A DNA stretch of 57,667 nucleotides from a virus: the IMG/VR virus record IMGVR_UViG_3300047374_000251, one strand, 5' to 3'. The notes beneath the pieces were generated by a model. The model had not been told where the DNA came from and ran no database searches. It worked only from the letters and a program-made list of their open reading frames with translations. Of the stretch, positions 8,120 to 17,813 are shown piece by piece. Position numbers and translations under genes: made by a program. Every line of letters begins with the position of its first letter. Position 1 is the first letter of the stretch.

Positions 8120-9387
8120 TGGGTGTTATTTCATGTGGAACAACAATGCTCGATCAAGGAGTTTTTCAAAACATAGGAGCGGTTACTTGGGATACAACAG
8201 CTAAAACATCAAATTTTACAGGTGTTTCAGGAAATGGATATTTTGTAAATACTACAAGTGGAGCAGTTACAGTAACACTTCCAAGTTCACCTTCTGCAGG
8301 TAATATCGTAGGTATTAAAGATTACGCAAATACAGCTGACACAAACAATATTACAATTGGTAGAAACGGATCTAATATTCAAGGCACAGCTGATGATTTT
8401 AAAATTAAAGCAGAAGGAGGATCTGCCGTATTACTTTATGTAGATGGAACACAAGGATGGAAAGTAATATCTGAATCTACAGCAAGTGCTATTACTAATC
8501 AAGAATTTACAGTGGCTACCGGTGGAACCATTACAACCTCTGGAGATTTTAAAATTCATACTTTTACAGGACCAGGTACTTTTTCTGTTTCATCAGTAGG
8601 TAATGCTCCTGGTGGTGGGGATAAAGTTTCTTATGCAGTTGTTGCTGGGGGTGGTGGCTCAGGAAGAGCATGTGCTGGTGGCGGTGGAGGAGCCGGAGGT
8701 TATAGAGAAGGAAAAGATTCACCCAAAGATTCATACACAGCTTCACCAATAGTTGCACCCGCTGGACTCACAGTTTCAGCTTCACCGGGTTCTTATCCAA
8801 TTACGGTAGGCGGTGGTGGTGCAGTTCCAGGTTCCGGTGCTAGTTCTGGTTCTAATGGAAGCCCTTCAACATTTTCAAGTATAACATCAGCTGGCGGAGG
8901 ATTTGGTCATGGTCCTAGTAATGGAGGTCCAGGAGGTTCCGGTGGAGGTGGCGGAGGTCAGCCTTCTAGATCAGGAGGAACAGGTAATCAACCTCCAGTT
9001 AGTCCAGCTCAAGGAACTAATGGTGGTACAGGATTTTGGACAGGCGGTTCATTTGGTGAAAAAGGTGGCGGTGGCGGTGGAGCTACAGATGCAGGTACTT
9101 CTGCAGGACCAGGACCAGGCGGTACAGCACCTGGAGGAGACGGAGCAACAAGTTCAATTGATGGATCATCAACTACAAGAGCTGGTGGCGGTGGTGGCGG
9201 TAACGCAGGAGCTACTCCAGCAGCAAGTTCAGGTGGACCAGGTGGAGGTGGCCCTGGAGGATGTTCTAGTCCAGGTACAGCTGGAACAGCTAATACTGGT
9301 GGAGGTGGAGGTGGATCTGGTAGTAACAGTTCATCTGCTGCTGCAGGTGGTAGTGGAGTAGTTATTATAAGGTACAAATTTCAATAG
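8119..9387 (+). CDS. Glycine/proline-rich tail-associated protein
   Basis: 422 aa. An ordinary N-terminal domain is followed by long G/P/S/A-rich low complexity, ending in GGSGVVIIRYKFQ. That ending is typical of phage glycine-rich domain proteins as I recall them. Confidence 0.65.
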   Translation: MGVISCGTTMLDQGVFQNIGAVTWDTTAKTSNFTGVSGNGYFVNTTSGAVTVTLPSSPSAGNIVGIKDYANTADTNNITIGRNGSNIQGTADDFKIKAEGGSAVLLYVDGTQGWKVISESTASAITNQEFTVATGGTITTSGDFKIHTFTGPGTFSVSSVGNAPGGGDKVSYAVVAGGGGSGRACAGGGGGAGGYREGKDSPKDSYTASPIVAPAGLTVSASPGSYPITVGGGGAVPGSGASSGSNGSPSTFSSITSAGGGFGHGPSNGGPGGSGGGGGGQPSRSGGTGNQPPVSPAQGTNGGTGFWTGGSFGEKGGGGGGATDAGTSAGPGPGGTAPGGDGATSSIDGSSTTRAGGGGGGNAGATPAASSGGPGGGGPGGCSSPGTAGTANTGGGGGGSGSNSSSAAAGGSGVVIIRYKFQ

Positions 9388-9396
9388 AGGTTAATT

Positions 9397-9846
9397 ATGG
9401 CACATTTTGCAAAAATAGGAGCTAACAATAAAGTCATTAGAGTATTAACGCTTGATGACAAAGATATGAAAAATGCTGATAATGTTGGGGATGAATCAGT
9501 AGGTCAACAATATTTAGAGCTACATAATAATTGGCCGGCAGAAATGTGGGTTCAAACTTCATACAATACACATTGCAATCAACATAGTAATGGTGGAACT
9601 GCATTTAGAGGAAACTATGCAGGTATAGGTTATGAATGGGATGAAGATAATCAAATCTTTTGGCCTAAAAAACCTTACGCATCTTGGATAAAACATTTAG
9701 AATCAGCTTCTTGGAAATCACCGATCGGTGATGCTCCAGCATTAACAGCCGAACAAACTTCACAAAACGAAGCAAACACCCATATGTGGTCTTACGTTTG
9801 GAATGAAGATAATACAACTTGGGATTTGACAGACTCTAAACCATAA
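9397..9846 (+). CDS. Conserved phage protein of unknown function
   Basis: MAHFAKI..V..V.., QTSYN and FRGNYAGIGYEWDEDNQIFWPKKPYASW match a pattern I recognise from many marine phage genomes. Confidence 0.55.
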   Translation: MAHFAKIGANNKVIRVLTLDDKDMKNADNVGDESVGQQYLELHNNWPAEMWVQTSYNTHCNQHSNGGTAFRGNYAGIGYEWDEDNQIFWPKKPYASWIKHLESASWKSPIGDAPALTAEQTSQNEANTHMWSYVWNEDNTTWDLTDSKP

Positions 9847-9864
9847 TTTATATATAGTGGTGGT

Positions 9865-10368
9865 ATGCAAAAGAAAGTATTAACAGAGCAAGCACTGTAT
9901 TATGGTGATGTCAAAATGCCTAAAGATTGGGACATTGACCGAGATAAATTATCCGACGACATTTTACAATCAGTAATTCAAAATAAAGATTTTTTATTTT
10001 CAAGAACTTGGGATATGTTGAATACATACATTAGTGAACATATTAATCTTGAATATAGTATCAATTTAATCAACAAAGAAACGTGGGGAGATATTTATAA
10101 ACCTGCGGAAACAACTATTCCATTACTCAATATTGATCCGGTAAATTTACGTAACTCTCCAGACTTTACATTATTATATGGTGTCAGAGTTAAAGATTGT
10201 ATGGTTAGAATACATTATGAAGATAACAGACGTAAAGGAAGAAGCTGGGACATACCACTGACTAATAATAAATTTATAATGTTTCCCTCAACCAATATGT
10301 ATTATTTAACCAATAATCAAAAAGATTCATTAAACTTTGTACAAACAATAACCTATGAATATATATAA
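9865..10368 (+). CDS. Hypothetical protein, possibly a degenerate double-stranded beta-helix relative
   Basis: The C-terminal FIMFPSTNMYY resembles the FPS..H strand of 2OG-FeII_Oxy_5 proteins but lacks the His. No HxD motif seen. Confidence 0.4.
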   Translation: MQKKVLTEQALYYGDVKMPKDWDIDRDKLSDDILQSVIQNKDFLFSRTWDMLNTYISEHINLEYSINLINKETWGDIYKPAETTIPLLNIDPVNLRNSPDFTLLYGVRVKDCMVRIHYEDNRRKGRSWDIPLTNNKFIMFPSTNMYYLTNNQKDSLNFVQTITYEYI

Positions 10369-10840
10369 AAATTTTTTATCTAAAAACGAATTTAAAGAAT
10401 TAGAAGATAGAGTCATGGGTGATAATATGCCTTGGTATTTTAATGATTCTGTAGTTTTAAAAAAAGATGATTATTTTCAATTAGTCTACGTTTTTGTTAA
10501 ACCTGGTGGAGAAATAAACTGTGAAGACTTTATAATGGATCTTTTAAAACCTTTTGTAAAAAAATTAAATATAAAAAAATTTTTTAAAGTAAAAGCAAAC
10601 CTTTTAACTAGAACTAATAAAATAATAGAACACGGTATGCACATAGATGACGACAGACACACCAGAGGAAAAACTGGAATTTTTTATTTAAACACTTGTG
10701 ACGGTTACACTAAATTAGAAGATGGCACAAAAATAAAAAGTGAAAAAAATAAATATGTAGAATTTGATTGTAATATTAAACATACAGGTTCGTCTTGCAC
10801 GAATCAAAAAAGGAGAGTTGTAATTAACTTAAACTATTAA
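10355..10840 (+). CDS. 2OG-Fe(II) oxygenase superfamily protein
   Basis: Motifs HIDDD, IKHTGSS and RRVVINLNY. Paralogue of 12094-12582. Confidence 0.6.
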   Translation: MNIYKNFLSKNEFKELEDRVMGDNMPWYFNDSVVLKKDDYFQLVYVFVKPGGEINCEDFIMDLLKPFVKKLNIKKFFKVKANLLTRTNKIIEHGMHIDDDRHTRGKTGIFYLNTCDGYTKLEDGTKIKSEKNKYVEFDCNIKHTGSSCTNQKRRVVINLNY

Positions 10841-11469
10841 TGAACATATCTAATTATTACTGGTATTTTACGGGTGTGCTTACACCAAAGTTTTGTGATG
10901 ATGTAATAGCTTATGCTAATCAACAAAAAGAAGTAATGGCTAGAACAGGTAGTTATGGAGATAGAAAATTAAATAAACAAGAAGTATTAGATTTAAAAAG
11001 AAAAAGAAACTCTGATCTAGTGTGGCTTAGTGATACTTGGATATATAAAGAATTACATCCATATGTACATAAAGCAAATGAAATGGCTGGTTGGAATTTT
11101 GATTGGGAAAGAAGTGAGTCTTGTCAGTTTACAAAATATAAACACAACCAATATTATGATTGGCATTGTGACAGTTGGGACAAACCTTATGAAAAAGCAG
11201 GACCTGATAATGGTAAAATTCGAAAACTATCTATGACTTGTCAATTAACAGATGGTTCAGAATATGAAGGTGGTGAATTAGAATTTGATTTTAGAAACTA
11301 TGACCCACATATGCGAGATGAATCGAAGCATAGAATACAATGCAAAGAGATATTACCAAAAGGTTCTATTATTGTATTTCCTTCTTTTGTCTGGCATAGA
11401 GTTAAACCAGTAACATCAGGTACAAGATACAGTCTTGTAGTATGGCATTTAGGGAGGCCTTTCAAATAA
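10840..11469 (+). CDS. Prolyl 4-hydroxylase-like 2OG-Fe(II) oxygenase
   Basis: Motifs WHCDS (HxD), FVWHRVKPV (distal His) and GTRYSLVVW (2OG-binding Arg), with P4H-type spacing. Confidence 0.75.
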   Translation: MNISNYYWYFTGVLTPKFCDDVIAYANQQKEVMARTGSYGDRKLNKQEVLDLKRKRNSDLVWLSDTWIYKELHPYVHKANEMAGWNFDWERSESCQFTKYKHNQYYDWHCDSWDKPYEKAGPDNGKIRKLSMTCQLTDGSEYEGGELEFDFRNYDPHMRDESKHRIQCKEILPKGSIIVFPSFVWHRVKPVTSGTRYSLVVWHLGRPFK

Positions 11470-12101
11470 TGTATATAAGTAATTATTTTAACACAACTAT
11501 TTGGTCAGAACAAAAACCAGAATTTTTAAAGTCATTAAACAAAGCATCTAATAAATATATTAAAGAAGCAAGGGACAGAAACAAAACACACATAAAAAAA
11601 CATGGTGATTTTGGATTATCACATCACTCAACACCATTAACACATGATAATGATTTCTTAGATTTTAGAAATTACATTGGTCAAAAGTCTTGGGAATATT
11701 TAGATCATCAAGGTTATGATATGCAACAATACACAACTATGTTTAGTGAGCTGTGGGTACAAGAGTTTGCTAAAAAAGGTGGTGGTCATCACTCTGCACA
11801 TATACATTGGAATCAACACGTATCAGGATTTTATTTTTTAAAGTGCAGCGATAAAACATCATACCCAATTTTTCACGAACCAAGAACTGGGGCAAGAGCT
11901 ACAAAATTAAAAATGAAACCAGATCAAAAAGGTGTATGGCCAGGTGAAGAACTTATAAACTTTAAACCTATACCAGGTACATTAATTATATTTCCAGGAT
12001 TTTTAGAACACGAATATGCAGTCGATTACGGCATAGAACCATTTAGATTTATACATTGGAATATACAAGCGATACCAAAAGAAATGGCTAAAAATGTTTA
12101 A
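11469..12101 (+). CDS. 2OG-Fe(II) oxygenase (2OG-FeII_Oxy_5-like)
   Basis: Motifs HSAHIHWNQHVSGFYFL, GTLIIFPGFLEHEY and FRFIHWN. The start was moved to the ATG at 11469 (TAATG junction with the upstream stop). Confidence 0.65.
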   Translation: MYISNYFNTTIWSEQKPEFLKSLNKASNKYIKEARDRNKTHIKKHGDFGLSHHSTPLTHDNDFLDFRNYIGQKSWEYLDHQGYDMQQYTTMFSELWVQEFAKKGGGHHSAHIHWNQHVSGFYFLKCSDKTSYPIFHEPRTGARATKLKMKPDQKGVWPGEELINFKPIPGTLIIFPGFLEHEYAVDYGIEPFRFIHWNIQAIPKEMAKNV

Positions 12102-12582
12102 GATAAAGAAAAATACTATAAGTAAAAAAAAATTAAACAATTTTATTAACAGAATATCAAATAGTTATTTTCCTTGGTATTTACAAGATGAAATAAATGA
12201 GTTTGATAAATCTGGTTATGGATATTTTACACATTCTTTATTTTTAAATAATAAAATAAATAGTTCTTTTTATGAATTAATTATGCCAGATATAATCAAA
12301 AGTCTTAATATTAAATCTTTACTTAGAGCAAGATTAAATTTGTATCCTAAAACATCTAAAACTATTAAACACGCTTATCATGTTGATTATGAATTTAAAC
12401 ATACATCTGCTGTTTATTTTATAAATACTAATAATGGGTTTTTGTTTTTTAAAAATCCGTCAAAAAAAGTTAAACCTGAAGCTAACAAATGTGTAATTTT
12501 TGATGGTGCACATTTTCACTCTAGTTCATCTTGTACTGACAAAACTAATAGAATTACTTTAAATATAAACTATGAGCTTTAA
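12094..12582 (+). CDS. 2OG-Fe(II) oxygenase superfamily protein (paralogue of 10355-10840)
   Basis: Motifs HVDYE, HFHSSSS and NRITLNINY, with the same architecture and length as 10355-10840. Confidence 0.6.
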   Translation: MFKIKKNTISKKKLNNFINRISNSYFPWYLQDEINEFDKSGYGYFTHSLFLNNKINSSFYELIMPDIIKSLNIKSLLRARLNLYPKTSKTIKHAYHVDYEFKHTSAVYFINTNNGFLFFKNPSKKVKPEANKCVIFDGAHFHSSSSCTDKTNRITLNINYEL

Positions 12583-13195
12583 AAAAAATAAATATACAGT
12601 TATTCGTAAAGCAATATCAAAAGACCTGGCGGCTTTTATTGCAAACTATTTTAGTATGCAAAAACAAGTATACGATACTTGTAGAGCACAAAGATATATT
12701 TCTCCATTCGAAAATATTATAGGTCAATATGAAGACGCTAATGAACAAATACCAAATACCTATAGTCAGTATTCTAATATTGCTATGGAAACTTTATTGT
12801 TAAAATGCCAACCTAAAATGGAAGAAGTAACAGGATTAAAGTTATACCCTGCATACACTTATGCAAGAATATATAAAAAAGGTGATGAACTTAAAAGACA
12901 CAAAGATAGGTTTAGTTGTGAAATATCTACTACTATGAATCTTGGTGGTGATCCTTGGCCAATATATTTAGAGCCATCTGGTAAGGAAGGTAAAAAAGGA
13001 ATTAAAGTAGACTTAAAACAGGGAGACATGTTAGTTTATTCTGGCTGTGAACTAGAACATTGGAGAAATAAATTTAAAGGTAAGGAATGTGTTCAAGTTT
13101 TTTTGCATTACAACAACCGTAAAACACCTGGGTCTAAAGAAAATATGTTCGATAAAAGACCACATTTAGGACTTCCATCTTGGTTTAAAAGGTAG
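12572..13195 (+). CDS. 2OG-Fe(II) oxygenase
   Basis: Motifs LKRHKDRF (HxD) and CELEHWRNKF (distal His). 207 aa. Confidence 0.65.
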   Translation: MSFKKNKYTVIRKAISKDLAAFIANYFSMQKQVYDTCRAQRYISPFENIIGQYEDANEQIPNTYSQYSNIAMETLLLKCQPKMEEVTGLKLYPAYTYARIYKKGDELKRHKDRFSCEISTTMNLGGDPWPIYLEPSGKEGKKGIKVDLKQGDMLVYSGCELEHWRNKFKGKECVQVFLHYNNRKTPGSKENMFDKRPHLGLPSWFKR

Positions 13196-13203
13196 TATAT
13201 TAT

Positions 13204-13248
13204 AAAAGAGGCAGTGGACACCACCACATACCACCCACTGTCTCTTTT
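13204..13248. terminator. Long hairpin closing the oxygenase block (AAAAGAGGCAGTGG / CCACTGTCTCTTTT)
   Basis: 14-bp stem (one G-U pair) and a 17-nt C/A-rich loop. An A-run forms the 5' arm and a T-run forms the 3' arm, so it could act in both directions. Confidence 0.5.
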
Positions 13249-13265
13249 ATAATATTTGAATAACT

Positions 13266-15191
13266 ATGTTACAGAAACTTAATTTTAAACCTGGTTTTGA
13301 TAAAATGGTAACTGAATCTGGTGCAGAATCACAATGGATAGACGGTGATTTTGTAAGATTTAGATATGGACTACCTGAAAAAATAGGGGGTTGGTCACAA
13401 CTTACTAATTCTAATAACACATTACCAGGTGTAGCAAGAGCACAACACGCGTTTGCTGCTATAAATGGTGAAAAATATGTAGCCATAGGAACGTCACAAG
13501 GTTTGTTTTTATATTATGCAGGTGAGTTTTTTGATATTTCTCCTTTAGATGATGGTATTACAGGAGCTACCTTTAATGCAACATCCGGTTCTGCTACAGT
13601 TACAGTAAATAAAACATCACATGGTTTATTAGCTGGAAGATACATAACTTTTTCATCAGTTACTGTTCCAACAGGATCCGGTTACTCACCAACTGATTTC
13701 ACAGGAAATACATTTGAAATACAAACTACAAATTTAGGGTCAAATAGTTTTGAAATTATTATGCCGTCTAACTCAGCTGGAAGTACGTCTGGAACTGGTT
13801 CAGCACAAATTGATCCATATGAAATAGTAGGTCCAACGTTTCAAACTGCTGGATTAGGTTGGGGAACATCTACTTGGGGATCAGGCACATGGGGAACTGC
13901 TAGTACAACTAGTTCTGTAATATTGGATCCAGGTTTATGGTCATTAGATAATTTTGGTCAAATACTTGTCGCAACCATTCACAACGGTAAAACATTTACA
14001 TGGAACGCAGGAGTAACAAATCCTAGAACAAACAGAGCAACTATTATGTCTGGTGCTCCTACTAAATCAAGATTAACTCAAGTATCAGATAGGGATAGAC
14101 ATGTGTTTCATTTTGGAACAGAAACAACAATCGGTAGTTCAACAACTCAAGATCCAATGTTTATTAGATTTTCTGATCAAGAAAATTTTAATGTATACCA
14201 ACCAACAGCAATTAACACTGCTGGAACATTTAGATTAGATAAGGGTAATGAGATTATTGGGGCTGTATCGGGTAAAGATTATACTTTAGTGTTAACTGAT
14301 ACATCAGCGTATGCAATTCAATATGTTGGACCACCGTTTACATTTAGTGTTAGACAAGTAGGTACAAATTGTGGATTGATTGGACAAAACGCATTAAGTT
14401 ATTCTAATGGTATTGTTTTTTGGATGTCAGGTGAAGGTGGATTTTTTATGTTTGATGGTACTGTAAAATCTATTCCTTGTGAAGTTGAAGATTTTGTATT
14501 TAGCACAACAGGAAATAATTTAGGAATTAATCAAACTTCAAGTCAATTAGTTTATGCAGAACACAATACTTTATATAATGAAATTAATTGGTTTTATGCT
14601 AAATTTGGATCTCAACAAATTGACAGATGTGTTACCTATAATTACGCAGAAAATGTTTGGACTACTTCTTCATTAGCTAGAACTAGTTATATAGATCAAG
14701 GACTTTTTGATTTGCCCTATGCAACAGAATACAATAAAACCTCTCTACCTAATTTTCCAATTCAAGGTATAACAGCAACATATGGTGCATCTACTTACTA
14801 TGAACATGAAACAGGGACCGATCAAGTAAATAGTTCCGGCACAACATCAATTGATGCGTTTATACAATCTGGAGATTTTGATATTACTAACTCTAATAAC
14901 ATTGCTAATTTACAAGGAGATGGTGAATTTACAATGTCTGTAAAAAGGTTTATACCTGATTTTCAAGTATTAACAGGTAATTCTAAAATTACTTTGTTAC
15001 TAAATAATTATCCAAACAATACAGCTACAAGCTCACCACTTGGCCCCTTTACAGTTACTTCCTCTACTGATAAAATAGACACTCGTGCAAGAGCAAGATT
15101 AGTAGCACTTAAAATAGAAAACGATGCAGTTGGAGAAACTTGGCGTTATGGTACTTTTAGATTAGATGCAAAACCAGATGGACGTAGATAA
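13266..15191 (+). CDS. Large tail protein (tail tubular B / nozzle-like)
   Basis: 641-aa ORF in the tail block. The N-terminus (FVRFRYGLPEKIGGWSQL) resembles podovirus nozzle proteins from memory only. Confidence 0.45.
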   Translation: MLQKLNFKPGFDKMVTESGAESQWIDGDFVRFRYGLPEKIGGWSQLTNSNNTLPGVARAQHAFAAINGEKYVAIGTSQGLFLYYAGEFFDISPLDDGITGATFNATSGSATVTVNKTSHGLLAGRYITFSSVTVPTGSGYSPTDFTGNTFEIQTTNLGSNSFEIIMPSNSAGSTSGTGSAQIDPYEIVGPTFQTAGLGWGTSTWGSGTWGTASTTSSVILDPGLWSLDNFGQILVATIHNGKTFTWNAGVTNPRTNRATIMSGAPTKSRLTQVSDRDRHVFHFGTETTIGSSTTQDPMFIRFSDQENFNVYQPTAINTAGTFRLDKGNEIIGAVSGKDYTLVLTDTSAYAIQYVGPPFTFSVRQVGTNCGLIGQNALSYSNGIVFWMSGEGGFFMFDGTVKSIPCEVEDFVFSTTGNNLGINQTSSQLVYAEHNTLYNEINWFYAKFGSQQIDRCVTYNYAENVWTTSSLARTSYIDQGLFDLPYATEYNKTSLPNFPIQGITATYGASTYYEHETGTDQVNSSGTTSIDAFIQSGDFDITNSNNIANLQGDGEFTMSVKRFIPDFQVLTGNSKITLLLNNYPNNTATSSPLGPFTVTSSTDKIDTRARARLVALKIENDAVGETWRYGTFRLDAKPDGRR

Positions 15192-15355
15192 TGGCTAAAG
15201 TATCCGCATATATACCTGAACCTAAACAAGAGTATGATGTAGAAAATCAAAGACAAATTTTAGAATCTCTTGCAACAGTAAAAGATCAACTTAATTTTTC
15301 TTTTCAAAATGACTTGAAAGAAGAAATAGATGCATATAATTATTTTTTAACATGA
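15191..15355 (+). CDS. Small hypothetical protein (54 aa, not in the ORF track)
   Basis: The ATG overlaps the upstream TAA (TAATG) and its stop overlaps the next ATG (ATGA), so it fits a translationally coupled chain. Confidence 0.4.
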   Translation: MAKVSAYIPEPKQEYDVENQRQILESLATVKDQLNFSFQNDLKEEIDAYNYFLT

Positions 15356-15702
15356 CAATACAATATAAAAATCAAGGTTTTAAACAAGCTGATACAGCTA
15401 AAGCAACGGTGCTTACTTGTCCTACTGATGGGGCAATTATAGTTAAAAGTGTTTATTGTGCAAACAACGATGCATCATCCGCTATTTTAGTGAATATGAA
15501 TTTTGTTGACTCATCTGATTCAAGCACTGAATATGAATTTTTTAGAGATGATATAGCGGCTAAATCACAAGTGAATGCTTCACCTCAAGGCTTGAATTTA
15601 GAAGCAGGTGATGCTATAACGGTACAAGCAGCTACAGGCAGTAATAAAATACAGGGCCTGATAAGTTATGCTTTAATAGACAGGTCACAACAAAATGGAT
15701 GA
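15352..15702 (+). CDS. Hypothetical protein
   Basis: 116-aa ORF, coupled to its neighbours. Confidence 0.5.
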   Translation: MTIQYKNQGFKQADTAKATVLTCPTDGAIIVKSVYCANNDASSAILVNMNFVDSSDSSTEYEFFRDDIAAKSQVNASPQGLNLEAGDAITVQAATGSNKIQGLISYALIDRSQQNG

Positions 15703-15919
15703 TATTTTAAAAATAGATTGTACTACAACAGTAGTGTTGAGAAATACTAGAACAAATAAAATATATAAAGACGAAGCAGAGAAAGAAGCTGATATAGCTG
15801 ATCCTAATACTGAAACAGTTGCAGAGCATATTGCTCAAGATTTAACAGTAGAGGTATCTCCGAAAGGATTGAATGTTTTACAGAAAGTTATGAATGAAAA
15901 TAAGAAATCAAACACCTAA
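15695..15919 (+). CDS. Hypothetical protein
   Basis: 74-aa acidic ORF. Confidence 0.45.
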   Translation: MDDILKIDCTTTVVLRNTRTNKIYKDEAEKEADIADPNTETVAEHIAQDLTVEVSPKGLNVLQKVMNENKKSNT

Positions 15920-16841
15920 AGGTGGAACTGAATTACAATTAAGTTTTTTAAATAAATACGTAGATCAAAGTTTATTAGACAAAGTTCAAATTTGTACTTC
16001 AATACCAGGTAAAGTTCCATTAGATCCCAACAAAGTAAATATACTTTGGCAAAAAAATTCTTACGATCAACCAAATCTATATCCTTGGTTTAAAAATAAA
16101 GCTAATCATCATAAGTACGATTGGTATGTATTTAATTCTCATTGGAATCATGAAAAATTTAGAATGATGTTTGGTTTACCTACTGAAAAATGTATTGTTA
16201 TAAAAAATGGTGTAGATAAAATAGAACAATCAAAACCTTATGAAAAAGGACAACCTATAAAAATCATACATCAAAACACTCCTTGGAGAGGTTTATCTGT
16301 ATTACTTGGTGCAATGCAGTTAGTTAAAAACCCATTAATTACTTTAGATGTATACTCTTCTTGTGAAGTTTATGGCAAAGATTTTATGAATAAAAATGAT
16401 AAAGATTACAAAGCTCTTTACGATCAAGCAGAGTCTTTACCTAATGTAAATTATATTGGTTATAAATCTAACGAGTATATTAGAGAAAATATAAAAAATT
16501 ATAACATGTATGTTTACCCCAGTATATTTGAAGAAACTTCTTGTATATCTTTGCTTGAAGCAATGTCTGCCGGATTGTATTGCGTATTAACTAACTACGG
16601 AGCTCTTTTTGAAACAGGTGCAGAATTTCCAATGTATATTCCTTATGATAGTAACTACAAAGCTTTAGCTGAAAAATTTGCTTATGGAATAGATGCTGCG
16701 GCTGCAACACTTCATGAACAAGTAATACAAGACCATTTAACCACACAATCTTGCTATACACAGTTTTATTATTCTTGGAATAAACAAGCTGTTTCATGGA
16801 CTAATTTTTTACAGGGAGCAATCAATGCCAAAGCCAAATGA
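15894..16841 (+). CDS. Glycosyltransferase, GT-B group 1 (GT4-like)
   Basis: YVYPSIFEETSCISLLEAMSAGLYCVLTNYGALFE matches the E-x7-E region of group-1 glycosyltransferases. Confidence 0.7.
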   Translation: MKIRNQTPKGGTELQLSFLNKYVDQSLLDKVQICTSIPGKVPLDPNKVNILWQKNSYDQPNLYPWFKNKANHHKYDWYVFNSHWNHEKFRMMFGLPTEKCIVIKNGVDKIEQSKPYEKGQPIKIIHQNTPWRGLSVLLGAMQLVKNPLITLDVYSSCEVYGKDFMNKNDKDYKALYDQAESLPNVNYIGYKSNEYIRENIKNYNMYVYPSIFEETSCISLLEAMSAGLYCVLTNYGALFETGAEFPMYIPYDSNYKALAEKFAYGIDAAAATLHEQVIQDHLTTQSCYTQFYYSWNKQAVSWTNFLQGAINAKAK

Positions 16842-17757
16842 ACCTATATGGTTTAACCAGGACAAAACAGTAACTCCAAATGGAGATACTTACCAAACAA
16901 TTAAAACTAACAGAATAGAAAATAACGTAACCGAAATAAATATAGGAGAACAATCACCATATAAAATAATGGTGTGCACTCCTTGTCATAGTGACGTTAG
17001 CATGCATTACGTACAAGCTGTATTAAAATTTCAACAAGCATGTTGGGCTAAAAAAATACAATGTAGCTTTACATTGTTAAAATCATCTTTGGTTACTCAA
17101 GGTAGAAATCTATGTGTTGCAGAAATGTTAAATCATCAAGATAATTATACTCATTTATTGTTTATTGATTCTGATATTGATTTTAATGCTGAAACTATTT
17201 TTAAGATGTTAGATTTTGACAAAGATATAATTAGTGTTCCTTATCCTATGAAAATATTGAGTTGGGATAAAATGTGGAGAAGACTTAATTTAAAAGAAAA
17301 TGCAGTCACTGATGCTGATGATTTAGCTAAAGCAGGTTTTACTTTTCCAGTCAAAGTAGAGGACCCCAATTCAGTAATTGTGGACCGAGGACTTATGGAA
17401 TTAACCCATGCTCCTACTGGGTGTATGTTAATTAAAAGAGAAGTTCTTGAAAAGATGATTAAAGAATATCCTCATTTAGAAATATTCCAACCTACTAATA
17501 TCAATGGTAAAGAAGAGAAAAAAGAAAATATGTATAATCTATTTGATACTTTACACGACCCAGTTACTAAAAGGTACTTCGGTGAAGACTTTGGATTTTG
17601 TCAACGATGGGCAGATATAGGGGGTAAGGTATATGCCTATATAAATGATTACATAACTCATGTAGGAGAATACTCTTATTGTGGTCGTTTTAGAGATGAT
17701 TTAGAACAAGCAACTAAGCCCCTCAAAGCAGTTGACGAGTCTAAAAAAATCAAATAA
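16825..17757 (+). CDS. Glycosyltransferase, GT-A (family 2-like)
   Basis: IMVCTPCHSDV.. N-terminal Rossmann-like start and a LLFIDSDIDF (DxD) motif. Confidence 0.55.
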   Translation: MPKPNEPIWFNQDKTVTPNGDTYQTIKTNRIENNVTEINIGEQSPYKIMVCTPCHSDVSMHYVQAVLKFQQACWAKKIQCSFTLLKSSLVTQGRNLCVAEMLNHQDNYTHLLFIDSDIDFNAETIFKMLDFDKDIISVPYPMKILSWDKMWRRLNLKENAVTDADDLAKAGFTFPVKVEDPNSVIVDRGLMELTHAPTGCMLIKREVLEKMIKEYPHLEIFQPTNINGKEEKKENMYNLFDTLHDPVTKRYFGEDFGFCQRWADIGGKVYAYINDYITHVGEYSYCGRFRDDLEQATKPLKAVDESKKIK

Positions 17758-17813
17758 AGTATCACATTTACAGGATTTCTACGCCTGCTTAACAGTATAA
17801 ATTTATTTAAATT

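Noticed and set aside
8564-9377. ORFs 8564-8758 (-), 8903-9361 (+) and 9009-9377 (-), which overlap the glycine-rich gene
   Set aside because: They are shadow frames of GGN/CCN-rich low-complexity DNA. Their translations are poly-P/poly-V/Q/L nonsense, and they lie wholly inside a better-supported gene.
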